Source: a virus (lineage: Duplodnaviria > Caudoviricetes). Taken from it: a stretch of 34,890 nt of DNA. The stretch lies in IMG/VR virus record IMGVR_UViG_3300032272_000045, positions 1 to 34,890 of that record; one strand, 5' to 3'. Numbering within the stretch: the stretch's first letter is position 1; each line of letters begins with the position of its first letter. Positions 1 through 6,759 of the stretch are shown one piece after another. The notes under the pieces are model-generated. The model ran no database searches. It saw nothing but the letters and a program-made list of their open reading frames with translations, and had not been told where the DNA came from. The position numbers and the translations under genes were made by a program.

Positions 1-127
1 TAATTGCCATAGATATGAGAACAAACAATAATTCAACCACGTGCATATTACATATAGTCATTAAAATATTTCCAACTGTCATATCATTTATCCTTTAAGT
101 TAAATCCACAATTCATACATTTTTTAA
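1..127. repeat. 127-bp terminal direct repeat (copy 1), circularisation overlap
   Basis: Identical to 34764-34890. An ORF reads through the join, and 127 is a common assembler k-mer size. Confidence 0.95.
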
Positions 128-218
128 AGACAACATCTTTGTGCTTGCAGTTTTTCTTCCTTAACTCTATTTCTTTAGTTATTTCTTTAAATCTTTTATC
201 AAACTCATCTTGTTTCAT
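84..218 (-). CDS. 44-aa hypothetical protein with C-x-H...CxxC
   Basis: Manually translated as MKQDEFDKRF...KCMNCGFNLKDK; AAGGAGGAG SD; ATGA overlap with the upstream gene. Confidence 0.7.
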   Translation of the reverse strand: MKQDEFDKRFKEITKEIELRKKNCKHKDVVFKKCMNCGFNLKDK

Positions 219-394
219 TTCTCCTCCTTTAAGTTAATGCATTTTTCACATATAGAATATGCAGACTCATCAGGGTTTTCTCCATATCCTTCATCAGAAT
301 CACCAGAACAACCTTGATGGTGCATACCTTCACACTTTTCACAAATCCACTCATTAAATTCTTTAATTTTAGTTTTACAAACACAACATTGCAT
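215..394 (-). CDS. 59-aa zinc-finger protein with PHD-like C4HC3 spacing
   Basis: Manually translated as MQCCVCKTKIKEFNEWICEKCEGMHHQGC...ICEKCINLKEEK; AAGGA SD. Confidence 0.75.
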   Translation of the reverse strand: MQCCVCKTKIKEFNEWICEKCEGMHHQGCSGDSDEGYGENPDESAYSICEKCINLKEEK

Positions 395-407
395 TTTTAT
401 TTATCCT

Positions 408-578
408 TTAACCGAAGAAATCTTCTTGTACTTCTACTACTTCAATCTTTGCATTTGGATATTGAAACTTAATATCTTTTTTTGCTAATTCAATAGCTTC
501 TTCAATACTATTTGCTTTTGCAGTTATTTGTTCGTGTTCTATATCTGTTATTTTTAAACTCACTTCGTAATTTTTCAT
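408..578 (-). CDS. 56-aa hypothetical protein
   Basis: MKNYEVSLKI...ANSIEEAIELAK...; SD present; fills the gap between neighbouring genes. Confidence 0.7.
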   Translation of the reverse strand: MKNYEVSLKITDIEHEQITAKANSIEEAIELAKKDIKFQYPNAKIEVVEVQEDFFG

Positions 579-579
579 A

Positions 580-861
580 TTATTTATCCTTTAAGTTAGT
601 TAGTAGGTAATTTTTATTTATCCATTGAGTGTGATTTGATGGATCATTTCCAGATTGACACCATCCAAATGACTTTGTTTTCTCAATCATCTCTACTATC
701 TCTTGTGTCTTTTGCTGTTCTGTTTGAGTTATGAGGTCTGATAACTCTTGTTCTAGTCTGCTATTAACACTATACCCCTGTTCTACCTGTTCTCTTGTTT
801 CATAGATGTAGTATTTATTAAGTATTTCTCTTATCTGCTCTTGTTTACTTTGTTTCTGCAT
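580..861 (-). CDS. hypothetical protein
   Basis: ORF in a tight leftward array; N-terminus shared with 878..1084. Confidence 0.75.
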   Translation of the reverse strand: MQKQSKQEQIREILNKYYIYETREQVEQGYSVNSRLEQELSDLITQTEQQKTQEIVEMIEKTKSFGWCQSGNDPSNHTQWINKNYLLTNLKDK

Positions 862-877
862 AATGGTTTAGGTTTCC

Positions 878-1084
878 TTAGTTAGTGTGTCCGTATTGTT
901 CACAAGCCTCATTAAATCCATCTTGTCTGGATTGAGAGATGATGTCTTTAATAAAGTTGAACATTTTCTGTGGTTCATTCTTTAAAGAAACATCATAATC
1001 TCCATATTCATTAAGTTGAGTTGCTTCAATAAACTTATCTTCAAACTCTTTCTCCCACTGCTCTTGTTTGTTTTGTTTCTGCAT
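878..1084 (-). CDS. hypothetical protein
   Basis: ORF in the array; AAGGA SD. Confidence 0.75.
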   Translation of the reverse strand: MQKQNKQEQWEKEFEDKFIEATQLNEYGDYDVSLKNEPQKMFNFIKDIISQSRQDGFNEACEQYGHTN

Positions 1085-1087
1085 AAA

Positions 1088-1285
1088 TTATTCCTTTGGC
1101 TTTGTGTTTTTTATAAAGTAAAGTTGTTCTATTATTTTGTCTATTGCTTTAACATTATTTTTTCTTTCATATTCTTGACCTGATATAAAAGATTTTTCTA
1201 TAACATCATCTAAAACTATAGATTTATTTGATGGTTTTAAATATTTATTTTTAAAAGACTCTATTGCTTTTTTTTGTTTCTTCAT
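1088..1285 (-). CDS. hypothetical protein
   Basis: ORF in the array; AAGGA SD. Confidence 0.7.
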   Translation of the reverse strand: MKKQKKAIESFKNKYLKPSNKSIVLDDVIEKSFISGQEYERKNNVKAIDKIIEQLYFIKNTKPKE

Positions 1286-1290
1286 AATGG

Positions 1291-1551
1291 TTATTCCTTA
1301 ATATCTTTTATCATCCAATATATTACTTTCTTACCTGTTAAAGCTGTCTTATGTCTATCTGATTCTTCAACTCTATTTTCTTTAACTAACTCATTCATTC
1401 TCGGTGTAACTCTGTTTATGTCCCAACCTAATTTCTTTGCTACCTCTAAGTTACAAGCAGGCTCTATCAACATTAAAGTGTCATAGACTTGTTGCTTTTT
1501 AGTTACCTTATTTTTTAATGAGTAATAAGCCTCTACAGATGTTTTTTGCAT
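1291..1551 (-). CDS. winged-helix DNA-binding protein
   Basis: CNLEVAKKLGWDINRVTPRMNELV HTH followed by a TGKKVIYW wing. Confidence 0.8.
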   Translation of the reverse strand: MQKTSVEAYYSLKNKVTKKQQVYDTLMLIEPACNLEVAKKLGWDINRVTPRMNELVKENRVEESDRHKTALTGKKVIYWMIKDIKE

Positions 1552-1814
1552 TATTTACACTTTACAAAATAACTATTACCAGTCCTTCCAAACTCAACTA
1601 CTCTACCCCCACAAGTCCTCTCTGCACTTGCCATTGCCTGCCCTTCAAACTCTGCACGCTGTTGAAATATTGCCTCCTCACTCTCTCTTAAATATCTCAT
1701 TGAGGCTAGTGATAGTATGATTAGGGTTACGCCAATCCCTGCTATAAACCCTATCTTTATACAGTCTAAATACTGCTGTTCAATTTGATTAAATGTTTCT
1801 ATAAATTTGTTCAT
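1551..1814 (-). CDS. single-TM membrane protein; likely leaderless start at 1814
   Basis: Hydrophobic IGFIAGIGVTLIILSLA; second ATG lies 7 nt after a TATTAT -10. Confidence 0.7.
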   Translation of the reverse strand: MNKFIETFNQIEQQYLDCIKIGFIAGIGVTLIILSLASMRYLRESEEAIFQQRAEFEGQAMASAERTCGGRVVEFGRTGNSYFVKCK

Positions 1815-1821
1815 ATAATTC

Positions 1822-1850
1822 ATAATAACCTAATACCTAACCCATTGCAA
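1822..1850 (-). promoter_or_regulatory. sigma70-type promoter TTGCAA-N17-TATTAT with palindrome over the -35
   Basis: Third copy of the motif found at 4344-4372 and 5219-5247. Confidence 0.75.
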
Positions 1851-1859
1851 TAGGTAATA

Positions 1860-2078
1860 TTAATAACGTCTAGCCCATGACAATAATGTTCTAATACCAG
1901 GGTCAAACTCTTTAGTAATAGGGTCACAGTGTCTTTGAAGTAGGACGTAGTAAACGTCTAAGAAAGTTTTACCATCAGATTTCATAGATTTAATAAGGTC
2001 TATTTCTTCTTGGGTTATTTTACTTTTGAACTGTGTTTCTTTAATTTTCCAATTTGGGTGACTTGAGTTCATTTTCAT
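1860..2078 (-). CDS. hypothetical protein
   Basis: ORF with ATGA overlap. Confidence 0.7.
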   Translation of the reverse strand: MKMNSSHPNWKIKETQFKSKITQEEIDLIKSMKSDGKTFLDVYYVLLQRHCDPITKEFDPGIRTLLSWARRY

Positions 2079-2434
2079 AATGTTCTTTCTAAATATTTTT
2101 TAGCTTCTTCATAACCATAGGCGATAAATGCATGACCACCTGTTTTATTAATTGCTTCATTCCATTGTTTTTGTTCTACTCCTAGTTTTGACAGTGACTT
2201 CTTAGCACGTTTCATTTCAATAAATATAACTTTATCTGGTGTGACTATGACATAGTCTGGTAAGCCTTTTTTAAGCCCCATTCTCTTGTTCTTCATCTTG
2301 ATACCCCAACTTCTTGTGAAGGTTTCTTGATTAGTACATGTATAGACTATAACCTTGCCTTGATTGACTAGAATATCTAGGTAGGCTACTAATGAGATAC
2401 ATTCTTGTTCTTCTGTTGGTGGTTTTAGTTTCAT
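2075..2434 (-). CDS. VRR-NUC domain nuclease (Holliday junction resolvase-like)
   Basis: EEQE...GLKKGLPDY...FIEMKR...EQKQW, a PD-(D/E)xK pattern. Confidence 0.9.
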   Translation of the reverse strand: MKLKPPTEEQECISLVAYLDILVNQGKVIVYTCTNQETFTRSWGIKMKNKRMGLKKGLPDYVIVTPDKVIFIEMKRAKKSLSKLGVEQKQWNEAINKTGGHAFIAYGYEEAKKYLERTL

Positions 2435-2451
2435 TCTATTCTCTTATTACT

Positions 2452-2694
2452 TTAAAATTCATTCTTACTATTTACGTTCAGTCCATACTCTTGTAATTCT
2501 ATTTTGTGTTCTTCTAACTGAATCATCTTTGCTATTTCTATGATAATAGTATTCATTCCCTCACTGTTTCCCAATTCTTCAATAGTTAAGCAACCATCAT
2601 TCTTTTTAATAACAATGTCCGTTGCTCTATCGAAATAATCTAAGACTTTTTCATCTACTGTTAGTTCTTTATGTTCTGGTACATTTATTGGCAT
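2452..2694 (-). CDS. hypothetical protein
   Basis: ORF with AAGGGA SD. Confidence 0.7.
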   Translation of the reverse strand: MPINVPEHKELTVDEKVLDYFDRATDIVIKKNDGCLTIEELGNSEGMNTIIIEIAKMIQLEEHKIELQEYGLNVNSKNEF

Positions 2695-2711
2695 ATTCCC
2701 TTTCTTTTAGC

Positions 2712-2752
2712 AACTCATTCTGAGGCTAGTTCTACCTAGCCCCATATCAGTT
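2712..2752 (-). promoter_or_regulatory. intergenic stem-loop (processing/stability hairpin)
   Basis: TGGGGCTAG-GTAGAA-CTAGCCTCA plus an outer AACT/AGTT pair; no U-tract. Confidence 0.55.
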
Positions 2753-2763
2753 ATTAAAATGGT

Positions 2764-3027
2764 CTAAAAAGGAATGTCCGAACTAATGTCTTCTTGTGAA
2801 GTCTGGTGAACAGCCTCATTTTGGTCCTCAATCTTTACTGATTTACTATAGTGAGGTACTTTAGGGTTATCTTTTAAAATCTGTGCTGGTGTTCTGTTAA
2901 GGTATAACTTCTCTCCTGCTTTAATAACCACATCCTCATCACTTACATTAGTAAGTACTAAGTAATGCCCTGTACAGTCTTGTCTCTCATTTACGTATCC
3001 TGTTAGGATGTTTTTGTATTCTGCCAT
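2764..3027 (-). CDS. putative small single-stranded DNA-binding protein
   Basis: Acidic tail ending SSDIPF; next to the annealing-protein gene. Confidence 0.7.
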   Translation of the reverse strand: MAEYKNILTGYVNERQDCTGHYLVLTNVSDEDVVIKAGEKLYLNRTPAQILKDNPKVPHYSKSVKIEDQNEAVHQTSQEDISSDIPF

Positions 3028-3052
3028 ATGTGTCCTTTCAAAGACTTATTAA

Positions 3053-3424
3053 TTAATGAATTAACTCCCTATACTTTCTATCAACTGGTGCATCTGCCAA
3101 CCTACTTCCCTCATCTAACTCATCTCCTGTGAATTGTGTCCCATATCCACATAATGCTAATGCACGTCCTATTGCTCCAGTTTCGGCTTTCTCTAAGTAA
3201 TCGCTAAAACTCTTGCCATTCTCTGCTTTATGTCCTTGTGAGAGTATCTGACCCTCTTTATTACGTATTGTAGCTTTCATTTGAACAGCTCCAGGTGCAG
3301 AATTTACTATTTCTGTCTCAATTCCCCAATCAGCATGTTCTGACCTCATCCAAAATATACGCCACTTAACTTCTAGGTAGTCTTTACCTTTAAGTTTAAT
3401 TAATTTATCTTCTGGTTTAAACAT
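3053..3424 (-). CDS. Rad52/Sak-like single-strand annealing protein (short form)
   Basis: KGKDYLEVKWRI...YLEKAETGAIGRALALCGYG. Confidence 0.8.
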   Translation of the reverse strand: MFKPEDKLIKLKGKDYLEVKWRIFWMRSEHADWGIETEIVNSAPGAVQMKATIRNKEGQILSQGHKAENGKSFSDYLEKAETGAIGRALALCGYGTQFTGDELDEGSRLADAPVDRKYRELIH

Positions 3425-3525
3425 TATTCCTCCTCTTTAATTTCTACTTCATGTTCTTCAAAATGTTCTGCATCAAAGTCTGTATCAATACATTTGTTAC
3501 AGTTATCGCAATATTGCATTGACAT
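3424..3525 (-). CDS. 33-aa CxxC acidic peptide
   Basis: MSMQYCDNCNKCIDTDFDAEHF...; TAATG coupling at both ends. Confidence 0.6.
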   Translation of the reverse strand: MSMQYCDNCNKCIDTDFDAEHFEEHEVEIKEEE

Positions 3526-3668
3526 TACTCCCTCTCCTCTAAATCACTTACTACCAACTTAATATCATCTTTCAACCATTTAAAATCAGATTCAGTTATT
3601 ACTTCATTAACCTTTAAATCTATTAATATATCTAACATCTTCTCCCATACCTGTTCGTGTTTTGTCAT
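3525..3668 (-). CDS. 47-aa hypothetical protein
   Basis: MTKHEQVWEKMLDIL...; AAGGAG SD; ATGA overlap. Confidence 0.65.
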   Translation of the reverse strand: MTKHEQVWEKMLDILIDLKVNEVITESDFKWLKDDIKLVVSDLEERE

Positions 3669-4072
3669 TGTAGTAACTCCTTGTTCTGATGTACATTTCC
3701 TATTACTTCTAATCCCTTAAACAATCTATCTCCAATATATCTATCTATTAGTCCTTCTGATTTACAAATAAAAGACGCATCTTCAAAAACAATACTTCCA
3801 GTATATTTTATCTCTGTTAAAGGATTCGGTTCAAAATAACTACCCTCAACAATATCCCCCTCATAAATCTCTACACCATTCTTATCTTTGAGTCCTGTGT
3901 ATTGCATTAAAATACCTTGTTCTTCTGGACCATTATTAGATAAGTATTGAACTTTTGATTGAGGTTTATTATCTTCCCAAACTTCATGACTACCATTCCA
4001 TGAGGGAAATGCTAAATCATGCATTATATTTTCTTCTATATTCCAACTTCTAAATTTTATAGTCCTGTTCAT
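3665..4072 (-). CDS. YopX family protein
   Basis: IKFRSW...LMQYTGLKDKNGVEIYEGDIV...EVIGNVHQNKELL. Confidence 0.95.
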   Translation of the reverse strand: MNRTIKFRSWNIEENIMHDLAFPSWNGSHEVWEDNKPQSKVQYLSNNGPEEQGILMQYTGLKDKNGVEIYEGDIVEGSYFEPNPLTEIKYTGSIVFEDASFICKSEGLIDRYIGDRLFKGLEVIGNVHQNKELLQ

Positions 4073-4074
4073 AT

Positions 4075-4308
4075 CTACCCCCTATACCCACTACTTGCTA
4101 ACTCATTTCTCTCGTTCTTAAATGTATCAACTCTATCTGTTCTACTATGCATCTGCTTCCATGCCCTTTGTACGATTCCAATTACCTCTGTGTAATCATC
4201 TGTTCCTGGTGTTAGTGTAAATACGTATTTTCTCGCAGTTGAATATCTTTCTTCCGCATCCTTTATAAAGTTTAAGCTGTCAATGTAGCCTGTTATATTT
4301 ATTTGCAT
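4075..4308 (-). CDS. hypothetical protein
   Basis: First ORF after the repeated promoter. Confidence 0.7.
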   Translation of the reverse strand: MQINITGYIDSLNFIKDAEERYSTARKYVFTLTPGTDDYTEVIGIVQRAWKQMHSRTDRVDTFKNERNELASSGYRG

Positions 4309-4328
4309 AGAGTCCTTACTTTCTTTGC

Positions 4329-4400
4329 TTTGATAATAACTGTAGTATAACTTATTACTTAACCCATTGCAATAGGTAGTTTAGTCAAGGGAGTTAAGGA
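4329..4400. repeat. 72-bp direct repeat copy 1 (gene 3' end, stop and promoter)
   Basis: 70/72 identical to 5204-5275. Confidence 0.95.
4344..4372 (-). promoter_or_regulatory. sigma70-type promoter TTGCAA-N17-TATACT
   Basis: Near-consensus hexamers, optimal spacer, repeated elsewhere. Confidence 0.85.
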
Positions 4401-4740
4401 TGTGCAATCCTAGTTTAGGGTAGACGCAGTTTCTAAGAACTTGTCGTTTATTTTTAAGTTTATACCCTGAAAGGTCGTAGCCGTGTAGTTTTTGTAAGTC
4501 AGGTATTTGTGCAGATCTTATTTTATCTTGAACGAAGTCAGCGTCTTTAATATCGAAGTTAGACCAGAAATAATGACGTTGCAATACTTTTGTCGGTTCT
4601 ATAAGGGGTTTATAATAAGGTTTAACATTCTCTACTACCCATTTACCTTTAAAATTAGCTTGTAAGAATAGTATCTCTTGATAGAGTTTCATATCGGGAT
4701 ACTTTGGTTCTACTCCTCTATAACGTACGCCTATGTTTTG
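4381..4740 (-). pseudogene. 5'-truncated DNA (cytosine-5) methyltransferase
   Basis: QNIGVRYRGVEPKYPDMKLYQEILFL...VVENVKPYY...RHYFWSNF...RQVLRNCV retains ENV and C-terminal motifs. The frame is cut by a TGA upstream, and the SAM-binding motif I and catalytic PC motif are absent. Confidence 0.8.
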
Positions 4741-4743
4741 TCA

Positions 4744-4947
4744 TTATTTAGCCTTTCTTGAGATAAAATCATAACTATTGATATTATTTACAACAACATC
4801 AGCAACAACTGCTGTTGGTAGATTAGTTGCCTCACAACACAAACCTATTGACTCTCCCTCATGTATAATGTCAATTATATATTGTCTAACCTCTATAGGA
4901 ACTTTAGTCATTAAATCTTTTTCTTCTTCCCAAGTAATCTCTCTCAT
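4744..4947 (-). CDS. hypothetical protein, possible HTH
   Basis: ORF with TAATG coupling. Confidence 0.65.
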   Translation of the reverse strand: MREITWEEEKDLMTKVPIEVRQYIIDIIHEGESIGLCCEATNLPTAVVADVVVNNINSYDFISRKAK

Positions 4948-5186
4948 TACCTTGTTGCCTTCCTGTATTCAAAATCATTATGATCGTCTATCTCACTGTT
5001 ATCTACACTTGATGAATGATAACTCTTTAAACAATGTTCACACTTAGACATCCCCCAAGCATCTGTCTTATCTGTCTCTAACCCACATCCACAATACGGA
5101 TTACTTAATATTTCGTTTACCTTCATAGGATCATTCTTTAATTGATCTTTGAAATCTTGATAGTTACTTCCTGTAAAATCGGTCAT
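4947..5186 (-). CDS. hypothetical Zn-ribbon protein
   Basis: CGCG...CEHC; first gene after the repeated promoter. Confidence 0.7.
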   Translation of the reverse strand: MTDFTGSNYQDFKDQLKNDPMKVNEILSNPYCGCGLETDKTDAWGMSKCEHCLKSYHSSSVDNSEIDDHNDFEYRKATR

Positions 5187-5203
5187 AGAGTTCTCACTTT
5201 CTA

Positions 5204-5275
5204 TTTGATAATAACTGTAGTATAACTTAATACTTAACCCATTGCAATAGGTAGTTTAGTTAAGGGAGTTAAGGA
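5204..5275. repeat. 72-bp direct repeat copy 2, containing promoter TTGCAA-N17-TATACT (5219-5247, minus strand)
   Basis: 70/72 identical to 4329-4400. Confidence 0.95.
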
Positions 5276-5900
5276 ATGATATTACTTCGTTTTTATATTT
5301 GAAGTATAGGTTGTGAATAAATTCGTCAGGGTTTTTTCTGGACTCGTATTTTTCAACAAAGTATTCTGATGATTTATCTTTACATATACTGTTAATTGCC
5401 ATGACTGAATGATGAAGTGTGGCAGGAAGACCAGAAGATTTAATTATTTTAAGACTATGTTCTTTCTTTTTAGGTTTCGGTTTTATATTCCCTAATATGG
5501 TCTTAGTAGCTTTCTTCAAACTCATTTCGCCGTCATCAACTAATTTATGTATCTTCTTATGGCAGGTTTTACAAACAACCCTTAATCCTCTTAAAGATTT
5601 TCCGCTAATAATTATCTTAGTGTAGAACGTATGATGTACTTGAATTATGTAATCCCCACCACAACCCTCACAACAAGTACCTTTTTTATCTATAACTCTC
5701 TGTCTTATCTCTCTCCATAATGGAGTATTGAGGTACTCTTGGTAGCTAGCTTTAGTAAACAGTCTTTTCTTTTTAAATTTCTTCTTCTTAACTGGTTTGT
5801 AGTTATAAGCTTTCTCGTATCTACTTATAAAATCAATAACTTCTTTTGTTTCGTTTTTAGCAAACTGTTTTAGTTGTTTAACCAATGTAGATCTTTTCAT
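5256..5900 (-). CDS. HNH endonuclease with basic N- and C-terminal extensions
   Basis: YQEYLNTPLWREIRQRV...CEGCG...QVHHTFY...VCKTCHKKIH. Confidence 0.9.
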   Translation of the reverse strand: MKRSTLVKQLKQFAKNETKEVIDFISRYEKAYNYKPVKKKKFKKKRLFTKASYQEYLNTPLWREIRQRVIDKKGTCCEGCGGDYIIQVHHTFYTKIIISGKSLRGLRVVCKTCHKKIHKLVDDGEMSLKKATKTILGNIKPKPKKKEHSLKIIKSSGLPATLHHSVMAINSICKDKSSEYFVEKYESRKNPDEFIHNLYFKYKNEVISFLNSLN

Positions 5901-6240
5901 ATTTCCTTGATAGAGAAGAATGTGCGAGTTACAGTTCTCCCCTTATAAGATTAATTACTTCTATTCTATATACAGGTCTTAATCATTTAGTCGGATTTCT
6001 CTCCGATGATTGCAGATCAAACAGTTAAAAGCACCTTACCTCATGTCCTAAAACAATCTCTTTTCGCTATATCATTTAAAGCGAGCGGTTGCCCCTAATC
6101 TTCCCCTAGCCCTGTTTAACCTGTGACTAGGCTCATGCATCTAATAAACCGATCTTTTATTATCACACTTCTTACTATTTCCTTGCCGATGATGTAACAG
6201 TACGGCTCTGCGTGTCCTTTAAACCCAAGACTAGGGAATG
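5901..6240 (-). ncRNA. candidate ~340-nt structured RNA directly upstream of the HNH gene
   Basis: No long ORF; at least eight helices found by eye, including a pseudoknot; G-U pairs favour the minus strand. Confidence 0.65.
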
Positions 6241-6249
6241 TTTAGCTTC

Positions 6250-6338
6250 TTGTTTATTAGCTAAGTGTAGGAGGCGAATGTATCGCTGAGTTTTTAAGAC
6301 GGTAGTCAAATACTCTTACTCCTACACTTAATCAACAA
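6250..6338 (-). ncRNA. candidate three-way-junction RNA element with a perfect 12-bp closing stem
   Basis: TAAGTGTAGGAG (6262-6273) pairs with CTCCTACACTTA (6319-6330) and encloses two short hairpins. Confidence 0.6.
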
Positions 6339-6339
6339 A

Positions 6340-6513
6340 CTATACTAACGCCTTTCTTACTTTATTTATAAACGGTTCATCGGCTTTAACATATTCAGGA
6401 TACTTACTACCTAACTTTAACATCTTAACCTGTAATTCAATAGCTGAACGCCTTGAAGGATACTTTGTCCACTGGACTCTTAGTTGTTGTAGTTTAGTTT
6501 CTATATTATTCAT
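6340..6513 (-). CDS. 57-aa hypothetical protein (MNNIETKLQQLRVQW...)
   Basis: Probable start at 6513, because the upstream extension overlaps a structured RNA. Confidence 0.65.
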   Translation of the reverse strand: MNNIETKLQQLRVQWTKYPSRRSAIELQVKMLKLGSKYPEYVKADEPFINKVRKALV

Positions 6514-6536
6514 AATTATTTTTAATAAAATACTTA

Positions 6537-6732
6537 GTGAGAGAGTTTTCATAGGTTGGGGCTGATACGTAGCTATCTTCATATCATCTCAAAGTTAATC
6601 ATGGTTTAAGCCGTAGACAACTCAGGTAATGAACCCTTTGCTGTTTCCCATGCGTTGTTGTAACTACCTTACCCAAGTGCCACAAAACACTTCCCAGATG
6701 AATTACTCTACTGGAATTCATAACCCTCTCAC
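6537..6732 (-). ncRNA. candidate ~196-nt structured RNA
   Basis: 11-bp closing stem (6722-6732 with 6537-6547) plus nested helices and hairpins. Confidence 0.6.
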
Positions 6733-6759
6733 GAAATATTCTATTAATGTTCTTGGGGT

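Noticed and set aside
6180-6210. GAGCCGUA resembling the start of group II intron domain V
   Set aside because: The complementary UACGGUUC arm and domain V geometry are missing, and there is no reverse transcriptase or interrupted gene.
5256-6240. IscB/HEARO (OMEGA) or Cas9-like element
   Set aside because: The protein is 214 aa with no PLMP or split RuvC motifs and no transposon ends. Kept only as an analogy.
6250-6338. tRNA gene
   Set aside because: No T-loop GTTCRA, D-loop GG or 7-nt anticodon arm. No tRNA was recognised anywhere in the window.
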